A stretch of DNA of 64,000 nt. It comes from a virus. The translations under genes were made by a program, and so were the position numbers. Below are positions 13,316 through 24,531 of this stretch, piece by piece. Where the stretch lies: the IMG/VR virus record IMGVR_UViG_3300025728_000008, positions 32,001 to 96,000 of that record. The stretch is one strand, 5' to 3'. The notes beneath the pieces are model-generated. The model did no database searches. It saw only the letters and a list, made by a program, of their open reading frames with translations, and was not told where the DNA came from. Numbering within the stretch: position 1 is the stretch's first letter; every line of letters starts with the position of its first letter.

Positions 13316-13822
13316 TTATGATACAAACGCTTCTTCTTTGATTTCTTCAATAATTTGATTTGCAATCTCTTCTAATGCATCAAACATATTGTTGTGGTCA
13401 TAGTCTTCTGTTTCTGATTCAATACGTGATTCAATTGCATCCTCATCAATTTCAGAAGTATCTTCATTGTCTAAGTAGTCATTAACTTTCTTTGCTACAT
13501 AATTGAAACACAATGCATCCATATTCTCATATATCAATTGGCTATAATATTGATAATAACCTGCTTGGAATATTTTAATTAAATCCACTGTACCATCTTC
13601 ATTTGCTCCTGCAATTCCTTCTTCTATTGCGCTTTCAATATGGTCTTGAATATCAGAAGCATATTTCCATACATCATAGTTGTAAATAGGTATTGCTCCA
13701 TCTGCAATCTTTGTTACTTCATCACAAATGTAGTCAGAGCCATCTTTATCATAAAACTCATCCAATACATCCTCTTCATCATTTAAAATATTATTTAATT
13801 CATATCCTTTTAATTCAATCAT
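13316..13822 (-). CDS. ocr: Ocr-like (T7 gp0.3-like) acidic DNA mimic, antirestriction protein
   Basis: [21 protein letters not shown] and [13 protein letters not shown] align by eye with T7 Ocr [21 protein letters not shown] and KDVIRILQARIYE; very acidic. Confidence 0.75.
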   Translation of the reverse strand: [168 protein letters not shown]

Positions 13823-13912
13823 GTTAGCATCTCCCTTTCTGTTGTCGATTGTTATTATATCATTATTCTATGCACCCGACAACAGAAAGATGACTGCTAT
13901 TTAAAACTAATT

Positions 13913-14101
13913 TTAATTTACTTTGTAATTCAATCCATAAACCAATGTCATTGCATAGTTTATGTACTGTTCAACGTTCTTTCCTTTACCTGTACTAATA
14001 GCTGTTTCAACAATCTCTTCTGCCATATACTTGCTTACTCCACGTGTCATAACACTCTTTACATACTTTTTATGCATCACTTCATTATACATATTCTTCA
14101 C
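13913..14101 (-). CDS. Small hypothetical protein
   Basis: GTG start with GGGAG RBS; upstream GTATC-N17-CATA sporulation-sigma-like promoter. Confidence 0.6.
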   Translation of the reverse strand: MKNMYNEVMHKKYVKSVMTRGVSKYMAEEIVETAISTGKGKNVEQYINYAMTLVYGLNYKVN

Positions 14102-14326
14102 GCTCCCGTTTGTTTGTTATATCATTAGTTTATGTGCCTATGTATTTGTCTGATACCCAATTTTGAAATTTTCTTTCAATAGTCCAATCATGACAACCAA
14201 AACAACCAGAAACAATCATGACAAGGTGAAATAAAATTTCATCTGTACTAGTTTACCATTAGTACAACTCTGTAATAGTACAGCATTATAACAGAACAAA
14301 GAAAAACCCACTAATAATAGTGGGTG

Positions 14327-14581
14327 TCAATGGTTATTGTTGTTGTTGATATTGTTCACTGTTACCTGTACTGGTGCTCTACTGGCTAGTAAAACATTCT
14401 TGTAATCAACACGCCCACTTAGAAGAAAGAAGTCTGCTATCCATAGGAAGCCTAAACCGCCCAATGTAAAGAGTTGTAATAATCCCATACCTATATCCCC
14501 TACATAAAATCTCCCTGCTCCTAGCACCCCGAAGAATGTGTGTAAAAGATACGCTACGAATTTACTCTTCATAGTTATCAA
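14327..14581 (-). CDS. TM2-domain membrane protein
   Basis: KSKFVAYLL..FFG.LGAGRFYVG..G.G.LQLFTLGGLG.LWIAD matches the TM2 pattern. Confidence 0.85.
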   Translation of the reverse strand: MITMKSKFVAYLLHTFFGVLGAGRFYVGDIGMGLLQLFTLGGLGFLWIADFFLLSGRVDYKNVLLASRAPVQVTVNNINNNNNH

Positions 14582-14631
14582 TCTCCTTTATTCATGATGT
14601 ATTTATATAAAGACACAATTGTGTCAAGAAC

Positions 14632-15024
14632 TTATTTTGACCAATAGCCATACATAGAGCATGAGCCACTATCCCATAGGTCATAATAGTATCCATTCTC
14701 AAGCGTAACAAGATGATTAGCTACTCTTAATACAAATGTACCTTCTTTGTTCTTTTGAGAAAATTCAGCTACCTTAGGACGTTTAGTACCACGTTTGATA
14801 GTTAATTTGTTGTATGTAAAGCCATTGTTGATTAGAAATTGTTTCCATGCTTCATCACAATTAGGCATAACTTTCAATTCAAATCCTATATCATATAATT
14901 CACTATACACTTCATCCCATTCTTTACCAGTTGCTTTACACATTGCCCGAACTACACAATCACCAGTTTCTTTCTTTAATGGATTAGGGTTGTAATACTT
15001 GTTTCTTGATTTAGCCATGTACAT
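14632..15024 (-). CDS. Papain-fold cysteine peptidase-like phage protein
   Basis: NPNP...GDCVVRA...NHLV...YYDLWDS, candidate Cys-His-Asp triad. Confidence 0.55.
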   Translation of the reverse strand: MYMAKSRNKYYNPNPLKKETGDCVVRAMCKATGKEWDEVYSELYDIGFELKVMPNCDEAWKQFLINNGFTYNKLTIKRGTKRPKVAEFSQKNKEGTFVLRVANHLVTLENGYYYDLWDSGSCSMYGYWSK

Positions 15025-15029
15025 TCCTC

Positions 15030-16737
15030 CTAGTCTTCTAGTTCATTTCTAATAAATGTATAACCTTCACCGAAATGACTTAATTGTGTGTAATATGTGA
15101 CTTCATCTTGACCATATAAACGTTGTTGAATCATATAAACATAACCACCAGTATGTGCATGTTCTACTCGACTTACAACTGTATATTCATATTCTTTACG
15201 AGAATACACATCACCTATTTTCATTAAATCACTTCTTTTCATAGACATTCCTCCTATATTTTACATTTGCATTTACGTTGTTTACATACAATGCATTTCG
15301 GAAGCGCTTTTGCCATTTCTATTAATTTCTGTTCAAACTCATCAGTCATTGTCTTTGTAGTAGTTGGTACATTGTTGATGATTTCAACCTTTACTCCACC
15401 AGACACATAATATCCTTGCTTATCCTTTCTAACATTTAAATATCCTGCATTTGTTTCTACTATCCACTCATTGTGATTACACCATGATACATTAAAGAAT
15501 AAGATTTCTGTATGATTCATGCACACCCCTCCAATTCTTCTCTGATTTTAGCTCTCAATTGCAGTTCTTCAATCAATTCTTCTCTACTCATTAAATCTGC
15601 TGAATATACTTCTAATACCCACATAGAGTCTCTTTGGTCTTTATATACTGTGAATAATGGTTCACCATTTTCTAGTATTTCATATGCATCATCATATTTA
15701 GTGTATAAAACACTATCAATGTATCTGCTTTCTGTTAAGTTTCTAAATCCATATCCTTCTGTGTCATTTAGCTTTTCAAATGTATCTCTCAACATGTCAA
15801 GGTTACGACCTTTTGCATTTGCTTGCCTAATACCTTCCTGCAACACGATTACAATACCATTTCTCATTTGATAGTTGATTGTCATCCACATCACTCCTTG
15901 TTTTGTTGTTAACTCTAGTATACTAAATTATATGTCTCTTGTCAAGCGATTATTCCATTTATTTTAAAATGGACAATCTAAATCTTCTTGTGTTAATTTT
16001 AATGGCTCAATCTTTTCAGCTTCATCAGATTCCTTCATTATACTATCAGTTCCAAGTAAACAATCTATCCACAAACTTGATGGTCTAGTTGTATACTGTC
16101 TTGCATATGGACGTACTACAATTCCTTCTGGTGCTACTCTCATTTCTTCTGCTCGTATTGGTTCTATTGTTCTTGTTCTTGAAATTAATCTTAAATCTGG
16201 CAAATCTGGGATTGCATCAATGTATCCACCTATGTTTCTATGTCTTTCATTAGTTGTTACTTCTTCAATAGCTTGATTCAATTGCTCTTTTAATTGATTG
16301 ACTTCTGCATCTTCTGTAGTTTCTTCTTTTACCTCTTCTACTTCTTTAGGTTTTTTGTATGGTTTGATAATATCTACATTTTCTGTATCACGTATAACAT
16401 AGCTTCCCCAAACTGTGTGCCTTGCATGTTCTTTCTTTACTTTGAAGATATAATCACCTTCTCGGTATTCCTCAACGCATCTATCATTCACATTATCACC
16501 GTAAAACTCCCAACCTCTTTTCCATTGAATATATCCACCTTTACTAGTATATAATTCAATGTAATCTGATTCATCAACCATTTCTGTTTCACCTGCAAAT
16601 GTAAATACTCCAATTGAATATTGTGGGTCTTCCAATTTCTTTGCATATGTTTCTTCTACACTGCGTTTTGTATCAAAGAACTTACCAATCATCTCATCAT
16701 TTTTTACTAATGCATATGCTTTAATTTCCATTAACAT
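15030..16737 (-). other. Four hypothetical genes (15030-15248, 15254-15526, 15517-15894, 15964-16737)
   Basis: ORFs with RBS. Confidence 0.75.
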
Positions 16738-16801
16738 CTCTCCCTTAATTGTTTTATTGTTTTTGTTCTTGTAAACAGTATATCATTAATTTTAATTTTT
16801 G

Positions 16802-17482
16802 TCAATCCTCATTTGAAACTTTACCAATTATTTTTATGTGGTGTGTTCCATCTGCTTGAATACTACCTCTTTGATAACCTGCTTTTACTTTATCCATATC
16901 AAGTTCAATAATATAATCACTTGTGCTAGGGCTTCTATTCTCTGTTTCAAAGAAGCATGAGACAGTACACCAACCACTTTCGATTAAATCTGCACCTGCA
17001 CTATTTACATATAATCTGATTCTATTTTTACTTACCATGAATTGTTTTAGGTCTTCTAAGAAATCCTGTCTATACTTTTTCTTTAATTCTTTTAGACTTT
17101 CATTTGTATATTTTCCTAAATTTCTAATTCTTGCTTTTGGTGCAATTTTAACTGTTGTACTGTTTGTTTTTTCTATAATATCTCTCTTGTCAATTTCAAT
17201 TTTTGTGTTCCATGTTTCGGGAATCTCTCCCCAACAATCTTCATAATTAGCATAAAAATGATGACCTCTTTTGTTATATCCTAATCCACAATCATCTGTC
17301 CATAATGTAATATATTCTCTTTCATCTTTACTCTCAATATGTGAGTACTGCATTTTGCCAATTGTGTATTCATCTTGAGATAATTTATCACTATATTTCT
17401 CTTGTAATTCTAATTGTGAGAAGAAAAACTGACTCATTTTCTTGTTACCTTTTTTAAGGAAATATGCATTTCTATTTACCAT
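16802..17482 (-). CDS. Hypothetical protein, paralog of 5652-6296
   Basis: Shared N-terminal ~60 aa. Confidence 0.8.
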   Translation of the reverse strand: MVNRNAYFLKKGNKKMSQFFFSQLELQEKYSDKLSQDEYTIGKMQYSHIESKDEREYITLWTDDCGLGYNKRGHHFYANYEDCWGEIPETWNTKIEIDKRDIIEKTNSTTVKIAPKARIRNLGKYTNESLKELKKKYRQDFLEDLKQFMVSKNRIRLYVNSAGADLIESGWCTVSCFFETENRSPSTSDYIIELDMDKVKAGYQRGSIQADGTHHIKIIGKVSNED

Positions 17483-17598
17483 TTAACCAACTCCCTGTTA
17501 TTTGTTGTTAAACCAAGTATAGCATGTATGTGTATCTCTTGTCAAGAGATTGTTTTAAAAATATTTGAGGGGATTTTTCACCCCTCATTATGTATGTA

Positions 17599-18384
17599 TT
17601 AATTATGTAAAATCTCACCTATGTCCGCCAATCCACCTATTGCTTCAATTTGACCTAACATCATATCTTTATAACTTTCAAAATATCCTTGTGCTTCTTT
17701 ATGTAGTTTTTCATTAATCATTATTGCCATTGGATAGATAACTTCTTCATGTGTTTGGTATGTATCAAAATGTCTTCTAAAATCTAATTTATCTATGACA
17801 CCATATCCATATTGTTTCTTGTCAAATTCACCAAAATCAACTATAACTGGTAATCCTGTATGCTTATCAATCATAACGTTTCCGCTATGTAAATCATCTG
17901 GACTGAATCCTGCTCTCATTATATCTTTAATTAGTTCTTTATATACATGATTGAAACGGGTACTAACAAAATTATCAATCTTTCCACTTCTAACTTTGTA
18001 ACGATAACTTGATATAGTATATCCATCAACTTTACTCATTATGACTGCTTTTACTTCTTTATTGTGATGGAATACCCCGTATAAACGGGGCACATGTTCC
18101 AGATGTTGTAATTGCCCTAATACTGAAATATCATGACTGCGCCAATATCCATGTTGGAATACTTTAATCGCATAATCTTTATATCCGAAAACAATTGCTT
18201 GTGCCCCGTGACCTAATTCATCCCAATCATCTAAATTATCTCTTCCCATAACTGCATTTTCTAACTTGCTACATATATATTCAAAGTCATCTAAATTTAT
18301 GTTTGGATTTAATCCTTTAAATTGTAAGTTTCGCATTCTTTCATTTAACGGGTGGTTAATAATATAGTTATCATGTTCTCCCAT
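17599..18384 (-). CDS. Protein kinase-like (Ser/Thr kinase fold)
   Basis: Gly loop LGHGAQAIV, AIK, catalytic DDLHSGNVM, IVDFG. Confidence 0.85.
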   Translation of the reverse strand: MGEHDNYIINHPLNERMRNLQFKGLNPNINLDDFEYICSKLENAVMGRDNLDDWDELGHGAQAIVFGYKDYAIKVFQHGYWRSHDISVLGQLQHLEHVPRLYGVFHHNKEVKAVIMSKVDGYTISSYRYKVRSGKIDNFVSTRFNHVYKELIKDIMRAGFSPDDLHSGNVMIDKHTGLPVIVDFGEFDKKQYGYGVIDKLDFRRHFDTYQTHEEVIYPMAIMINEKLHKEAQGYFESYKDMMLGQIEAIGGLADIGEILHN

Positions 18385-18445
18385 ATTTTCATCCCCTTTG
18401 TGCCAATTTGTGTTAAGGCTAGTATACTATTATTTTTTGTGCTTG

Positions 18446-18652
18446 TCAACTACTAACTGTAACTTTTAATCTATTATATAATTCGACACGTAAACAATTT
18501 ATTTCTTTATCACTTATAAACAATTGTGATGCATCAATGATTGACATCCCCATTCTTTCAATATCTCCTACATATAATTCATTGTCTAAGCCAATATTCA
18601 CCATATTCATTAACTGTAATGAAACCATACGATATTCTTTTGATTTTGTCAT
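18446..18652 (-). CDS. Small hypothetical protein (start MTKSKEY)
   Basis: RBS AGGGAG and sigmaK-like promoter upstream. Confidence 0.65.
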   Translation of the reverse strand: MTKSKEYRMVSLQLMNMVNIGLDNELYVGDIERMGMSIIDASQLFISDKEINCLRVELYNRLKVTVSS

Positions 18653-18672
18653 GAGCAACAACTCCCTTTGTT

Positions 18673-18707
18673 TTATAGTGTATCTTATGTGATTATATTT
18701 GATGTGT
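18673..18707 (-). promoter_or_regulatory. sigmaK-like promoter
   Basis: AC-N16-CATAagaT on minus strand. Confidence 0.55.
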
Positions 18708-19004
18708 GACTTGTTAGGGGTATATTGTTTTAAAAATAGTATTTGCACCCAGATTTTTATCTGTTTTGAGCCAATAATATATGAATCTTTGTTTGGGGCG
18801 CAGGACATTCAAAAAAATACTCTCATTAAAATATTCGTTCGTTCCATGCCAATGAAACAATACAGGCGAAAACGTGGATAAAATACGAATTTTATCAAGA
18901 AAAACAGGTGCAAAATGTTCCGTCTATTGACGGTATAAATTTTTTTGTTACTTCTGTATCAATAGAATTATAGCGAAAAACAAGGAAAATCAAGCTGATT
19001 CCCC

Positions 19005-19781
19005 TTATGATTCCATATTCCATACTAATCTGTTTATTTCTCCACACAATAATGATAAATCTTGATATGATTCATTTTCTTCATTTTTGACTGCTGTATC
19101 ATAAGCTAAGTTTTGTATCAATTTTATTGTCTTTTCTTGTTCTTTTACTTTTGCTTCCATCATGATTCTATATTCGTGATGTGCTTTAATTTTTAATATG
19201 TGAGGATATAATGTTGTTTTTGCAGTTTGCAAATAACGTGCATACTCTGGATATCTGTCTCTACCTTCTTTAAACAGTGGCAAGAAATATTCCTCTGTTT
19301 CCAATGCTTGACGATATTCTTTTTCTGGCGTTGCATCTTGTAATGTAGACATATTATGTTTTCTGTCTGCTGTCTTGACTAATAATTTTCGCCAATCTTT
19401 CAATATCTCATTTAAGTAATGTACGAATGCAACTCTATTTGTCTTATAATCAATATTTGGGTCTTTTGTTACTCCTAATACTACATCTGCTACTTCTTCA
19501 CCAAACAATGATTTAATTGTCTCATATGTAATCTCTGGTACATCTTCAATACTGTCATGCAATACAAATGCTGTTAACACTATTTTATCTGTTATGTTGT
19601 TATTAATAAGGTCTTGTGTCCCGTCTACAAGATGCATATAATAATGTGTACCATCATGACGTTTATATCCATTTGTTGCATTCATAGTAACCAACATCCA
19701 ATTTAATGCTTTTAATGTATCCCAACAACCTAGTTCCATTAAATCCTTTTGTAATTGTATAACACGAGATTCTACTGCCAT
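19005..19781 (-). CDS. HD-domain (p)ppGpp hydrolase-like protein (SpoT/Mesh1-type small alarmone hydrolase)
   Basis: KRHDGTHYYMH, LHDSIED, FGEEVADVVLGVTK, LVKTADRKHNM. Confidence 0.85.
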   Translation of the reverse strand: MAVESRVIQLQKDLMELGCWDTLKALNWMLVTMNATNGYKRHDGTHYYMHLVDGTQDLINNNITDKIVLTAFVLHDSIEDVPEITYETIKSLFGEEVADVVLGVTKDPNIDYKTNRVAFVHYLNEILKDWRKLLVKTADRKHNMSTLQDATPEKEYRQALETEEYFLPLFKEGRDRYPEYARYLQTAKTTLYPHILKIKAHHEYRIMMEAKVKEQEKTIKLIQNLAYDTAVKNEENESYQDLSLLCGEINRLVWNMES

Positions 19782-19849
19782 AATATCATCCTCCTAAAAA
19801 TGTAAGTAATACCATTATATTATTATTATTTGCTTTTGTCAACATTATA

Positions 19850-21230
19850 TAGTATATAGTCGCTATTTAATCACTATTGTTAATTTAATAACTAATGCTA
19901 ATATATGCATATATTGTGAGCAATATTTCAAATTTGCGGTAAGTATAATATAGGCATTTTTTCAAAAAATAAAGCGATAAATTTCTGGACTATTTTTTGC
20001 AGGTCTGATACTGTATCATATGTAATGGTTTCTAATGTGTGTGTGCTTGTGTTACAATTATTATGTTCTATGCTACATCATTATTACTATTTAATACTTA
20101 TTATTATTATTTGTTGTGTTTCTTCTTATATATAGTTAGAAGTGATGTAATAGTAATCTTTTTACATTATATGCTCATATTGTATATGTATCATGTGTTA
20201 TGCTCATCATTATCTATATTGCATACATACATATATTGCATACATACCTACATACATATATATGTACATACAGTATGGGTGATATTTCGAAATCGCACTA
20301 AGTTATATATAGTGGTTTTTTCAAAAAATCATCTCGTAAATTTCTGGAGCTTTTTCCCCGACTGGTGGCGCATCACAAAAACCAAATAAAAAGATATTTG
20401 AATATATCGGTATTTGAATATTACGATATGAGGATGAATTTGGAAGCCCGTGCAATCGGATATTCAAATATATAAATATATACAATTACATAAAGTAAGT
20501 ACGATACTATTTGTTAGGGATACAACTAAAAGTAAGTATAATAACAAATAGTAAGTTGCATAAATTAAATAAGCAACTTACAAAATAAATATTACAACTC
20601 ACTTATTTAATGTAAGTATGATAAATAAAAGTAAGTATAACCATGTAAATTATATAATATAAATATTTCTAAAATTAACAGTTGACAAACGGATATTTTT
20701 ATGAATTTCATTTATACAAAATTTATGTATATCTCATGTATAAATCATTAAAATTTAGGCTAAAATGTATAAATGAAGATACATAGCAGGGTATAATAAA
20801 CCTTGATATGAAGGGATTTATACATAAAAACTTATACAAAATACTGTATAAATACACTGTTTTCACTGAATATATACAAACATTCAAAAAACACAATATC
20901 CTCTGTAAGCTCGTTCACGGGTTTCTCTGGTGTTAATCCCTTGTCAAGCGACTAAAACGCTTAGAAACGATTTTGGAGCGTTTAACGGTTATTTTCAAGT
21001 TTCTTCTATATAATGCAAACAAAACAACAAATAAAAATTTTCCCTTATAATAGAAGAAACTAATAAATTTACTTGTAACATAACTGTAATATTCCTGTTA
21101 TTTGTTTGTAACATATTCCATGTTATATTATGTGTACAGAAAAGGAACACAAACACAAGAACAACTGTTCTGGTCATGTTCTCTCATTATATCGCTTGTC
21201 AAAAGACAAATGAAAAACTTTTTAAAAACT
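19850..21230. repeat. Long non-coding AT-rich block built from successive short-motif arrays
   Basis: CATA runs ~20220-20275, TATTTGAATAT ~20394-20470, AAGTAAG ~20490-20640, TTATACA x6 20710-20853; no credible ORF. Confidence 0.75.
21158..21171. promoter_or_regulatory. LexA/DinR (Cheo) box-like site
   Basis: aGAACaactGTTCt; second copy aGAACaaatGTTCa at 24552-24565. Confidence 0.45.
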
Positions 21231-21241
21231 TTTTTTAAAAA

Positions 21242-21270
21242 GAAGGAAACTTTTGAAAAGTAGCGAATAT
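21242..21270 (+). promoter_or_regulatory. sigmaH-consensus promoter P1
   Basis: gaAGGAaac-...-gcGAATat, AGGA-N17-GAAT. Confidence 0.75.
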
Positions 21271-22071
21271 AATAAAGTAAGAGCAACAGGGAAGGAAGTG
21301 AAAGCGATACGAACATAAAAAATAATGGTTTACCTCAAGTTCCTTGAAAAGTTAATAAAAGAAGTTTTATCTTGTATCCCTAGTGATGGATATCATGATT
21401 GAAGGACGGCAACCACCGACAAAATACAAGGTTTAAAACTTCCCTCTTTATTACTATAGAAAACATTCTCACGAGTGCTTTCTAAATAATATAAGAGGTG
21501 ATAATATGAAAGCTGAAAATTTAAGAAACTACATTGATAAGGAAGTAAAGGTTTCATTTTGGAATACATGGGAAGAACTTGTAAACAATGGTAATAGTTC
21601 CGAGTGGGTAGAAACAGCAGGGATTCAAACAATAAAAGGTAAAGTGATTTTACTTGACAATCAAGAACACATTTTACAAGATAGTGGGGAATTAAATTGT
21701 TTCCTTAATAAAGAAACAAAAATTACAATAGAGGTGGTTAACTAATGGAAACTTACAATCAATTACCAAAAGCAATGATGTTATTAAATCAAGGTTACGA
21801 TGAAGACGAAACAGCAAAAGAAATTGTAAAAGGCTTGCAAGATGTAAATGTTTATTCTCGCTACGGTATTGCACATAAAATTGTCGAAAAGGCTGTAAAA
21901 GAACTAAATGCTATCTATAATAAAAAATACGAAATTACGTTCGTACTTGATGGTAAAAAAGAAATAATCAACGTTGATGCAAGAAATTTTGCCCACGCTG
22001 ATTATTTAGCAGAAGAACACGCAATAAAAAACAACTTCCCTAGTCATACATGCAGAATCAAACAATTGTAA

Positions 22072-22130
22072 ATTTTTGATAGAACACTAGTTACTATAAA
22101 AAGTATAGTAACTAGAATTGTATCAAAAAT
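22072..22130 (+). other. Long intergenic hairpin with internal loop (RNase III-site-like)
   Basis: 10-bp outer and 12-bp inner perfect stems, starting right after a stop codon. Confidence 0.7.
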
Positions 22131-22830
22131 AAAATTAAAGGGGTTTTTAAAATGACAAACATTAAAGCGGTTGACTACTTATCACAAGTTCGTACAGTTG
22201 AGGAATTTGAAAAGTTCGTTTCATTACTTGCAAGCACTAAAGGAGCTATCACAAGTCAATTAAAAGGTTTTACATCTGTTCAACTAGTCGAGGACGTTAA
22301 CGGGCTAATAGATGAAATGGAATACACTGTAAAATGGATTAACGAACGTTTTGAAAGTGGCGCTTATTCTGGTAACTACGATGTATTAGAATCATTAAGA
22401 GAAAACAAGTCATATCTTAATAAATCAATATTCCAACTTAAAAACAATATTCAATATAGTATAACTATTCAAATACAGCAATATACAGAGGGTTTGGAAT
22501 GGAAAGATACACCAATCGAACATAGAGAAGTTTTAGGGGTTGACCGTGAAGAATGTGAAAACATTGCTTATCAAATGGTTAAAGTGATTTCTAACATAAA
22601 TGAAAATGAAATTCGCTACACTATTAACAACGGTTCAAACGGTCATTATGTGGGAAGTGATTACAAATTCAGAAACTACTATAAAGGAGGTAAAAACTAA
22701 TGTTAAAATTTATCAAACGTTTGTTCGTAAAGGAAAGCAAGCAAGATGTATACATGAGAAAGATTAACAATGTATTACAATTATGCGATGAACTGGAATT
22801 AAAAATAAAAAAATAAATTTCTTTTAAAAA

Positions 22831-22859
22831 GAAGGAATCTTTTACAGAACGTTGAATAT
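22831..22859 (+). promoter_or_regulatory. sigmaH-consensus promoter P2
   Basis: gaAGGAatc-...-ttGAATat, N17. Confidence 0.75.
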
Positions 22860-23326
22860 ATTATAGTAAGAAGTAAAACAAAAAATAATCATATAAAGGT
22901 GGTTAATAACATGCGATTAAATGAATTTAATAAAGTAAACTCTGTACGCCAAAAGGAAAACGGGGAAATCATGAGTCATGAAGAATATTATGGAAATGTA
23001 GTAAATGGAATAGGTTTAGAAAGACTAGTTCAACTGCTTCCTGCGACTAAAGAGGAAATGAAAAGAAGTATGAAAAGATATGGGAATTTAAGCGGAATAA
23101 AATTGAAAGTATGGGACAATTCCGCTCAACACTTAACACATTACGTTCACCGTATCGGTGTTAAACGCTTGTCATTATGTGAAGGTGTTTGTATCTTGAA
23201 ACAAACTGCTATAATGTACTTACAGGAAGAAGAAAAGAGAGAGAAGCAGGAAAAAGAAGAACTAGAAAGAATTGTAAAAGCCCGTCCAGTATGGTTATAA
23301 AAAAAATAAAATAAATTTCTCAAAAA

Positions 23327-23355
23327 GAAGGAATCTTTTAACAAGTGCCGAATAT
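23327..23355 (+). promoter_or_regulatory. sigmaH-consensus promoter P3
   Basis: gaAGGAatc-...-ccGAATat, N17. Confidence 0.75.
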
Positions 23356-23614
23356 AATATATTAAGAAACACAAAAAATAATGATGTAAAGGGGATTGGT
23401 TCATATGACTACACGAAAAAAATTAGGTGAAAAGGCTATCCGTAACAGACTACAAAAAGAGGTTGACAGAATGTTTACACCAATTGAACAGGAATTTATT
23501 GGATGGTATGAAGATACAGAAAATGATATTTCCTACACATGGAAAGGAGAACACAACGGAAAAGATTTCCGTCTAGTATGTTGTAAATTTAGAGGTACAG
23601 TCACAATTTGTTCA

Positions 23615-23684
23615 TAAATTTTGTTAGAAAATATTCTAGAATAATAAACCTAATTATTCTAGAATACTATTGTAACAAAATTTA
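23615..23684 (+). other. Long intergenic hairpin with internal loop (RNase III-site-like)
   Basis: 12-bp outer and 14-bp inner perfect stems, begins at the TAA stop. Confidence 0.7.
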
Positions 23685-24531
23685 AAATAAGGAGGTTGCA
23701 AGATGTCATTTCGTGGAATCTTAAAAGTATTAGCAATTATTATATTCGGATATTGCGCTTTACTTGTCTTGTCTCATCTAATAGTAAATTATGGTTTCTA
23801 AATATAAGGAGGTTACGATATGAAAAAACCTACTAAAGAAGAATTGAAAAGAGAGACAGAAAGAGAGTTATTACTATTAAGAAAGAATAAAGAAGCTATC
23901 ATTCAAAAACATATTGATAGAGGAATGAGCAGGGAATGGGCAGAAGAAGCATTTGAGGTATTTTATGAGATTTGGGGAAAATCATATGAATAATTGGTTT
24001 GTGTTCATTATGTTAACTGTCAATGATGATAAGTTACTTGCAATAGATAACGATAAAAGCATATTAGAAAAACATGATATTGTTATTCACTGGAATCTTA
24101 CAAAAGAAGATGCACTTTCTACAATGTATGAATATTCAAATAAACACAATATCAAAACTGTAAATTATAACCAATAAGGAGGAAAACACATGTACTATAA
24201 AATTAATGTTGCTAAAGATGGAAGGCATTTTTTCGCCACTGCTGAAAATAGTGTCCATTCAGAAGAAAAATTGAAAGAGGTTGTAAAAGTGTTTCGACAA
24301 AAGTTTCCAGAAAGTGAAGGTTATAAAATCAGTGCTATGTTAGTGCAAACAATAGGAAGTGAGGTTGAATTATGAAACTAAATAAATATATTGGTTTAGT
24401 TGTGGATAATATGGTAATCACTGGAATAGAAAAATATTTTGATGTATCAACTGAAAAAGAGGAAAAATGCTTTATTATAAATAATAGATATGGTGTAAAT
24501 TGTGAATTGTTCATAGAATCATATATGTAAA

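Larger units (their letters stand above)
179..20951 (-). promoter_or_regulatory. Family of sigmaA-type promoters with extended -35 TCGCTTGACA (tgtcaagcga on + at 179, 2886, 3939, 5628, 8947, 10127, 11570, 13264, 15940, 20942; variants at 745, 12347, 17540)
   Basis: TTGACA with TATAAT/TATACT/TAAACT-like -10 about 17 bp downstream, then RBS and ORF (20942 copy lacks an obvious gene). Confidence 0.85.
21506..24530 (+). other. Cluster of small hypothetical genes (21506-21745, 21745-22071, 22152-22700, 22899-23300, 23396-23617, ~23953-24177, 24190-24375, 24372-24530 and shorter ORFs)
   Basis: Co-oriented ORFs with RBS downstream of sigmaH-type promoters. Confidence 0.75.

Noticed and set aside
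449-17246. Plus-strand ORFs in the left arm (449-847, 3241-3561, 10954-11235, 15512-15871 and others)
   Set aside because: Antisense to RBS-bearing minus-strand genes, no RBS, biased composition
20039-21316. ORFs 20039-20389, 20995-21177, 21128-21316
   Set aside because: Lie in low-complexity non-coding DNA, no convincing RBS
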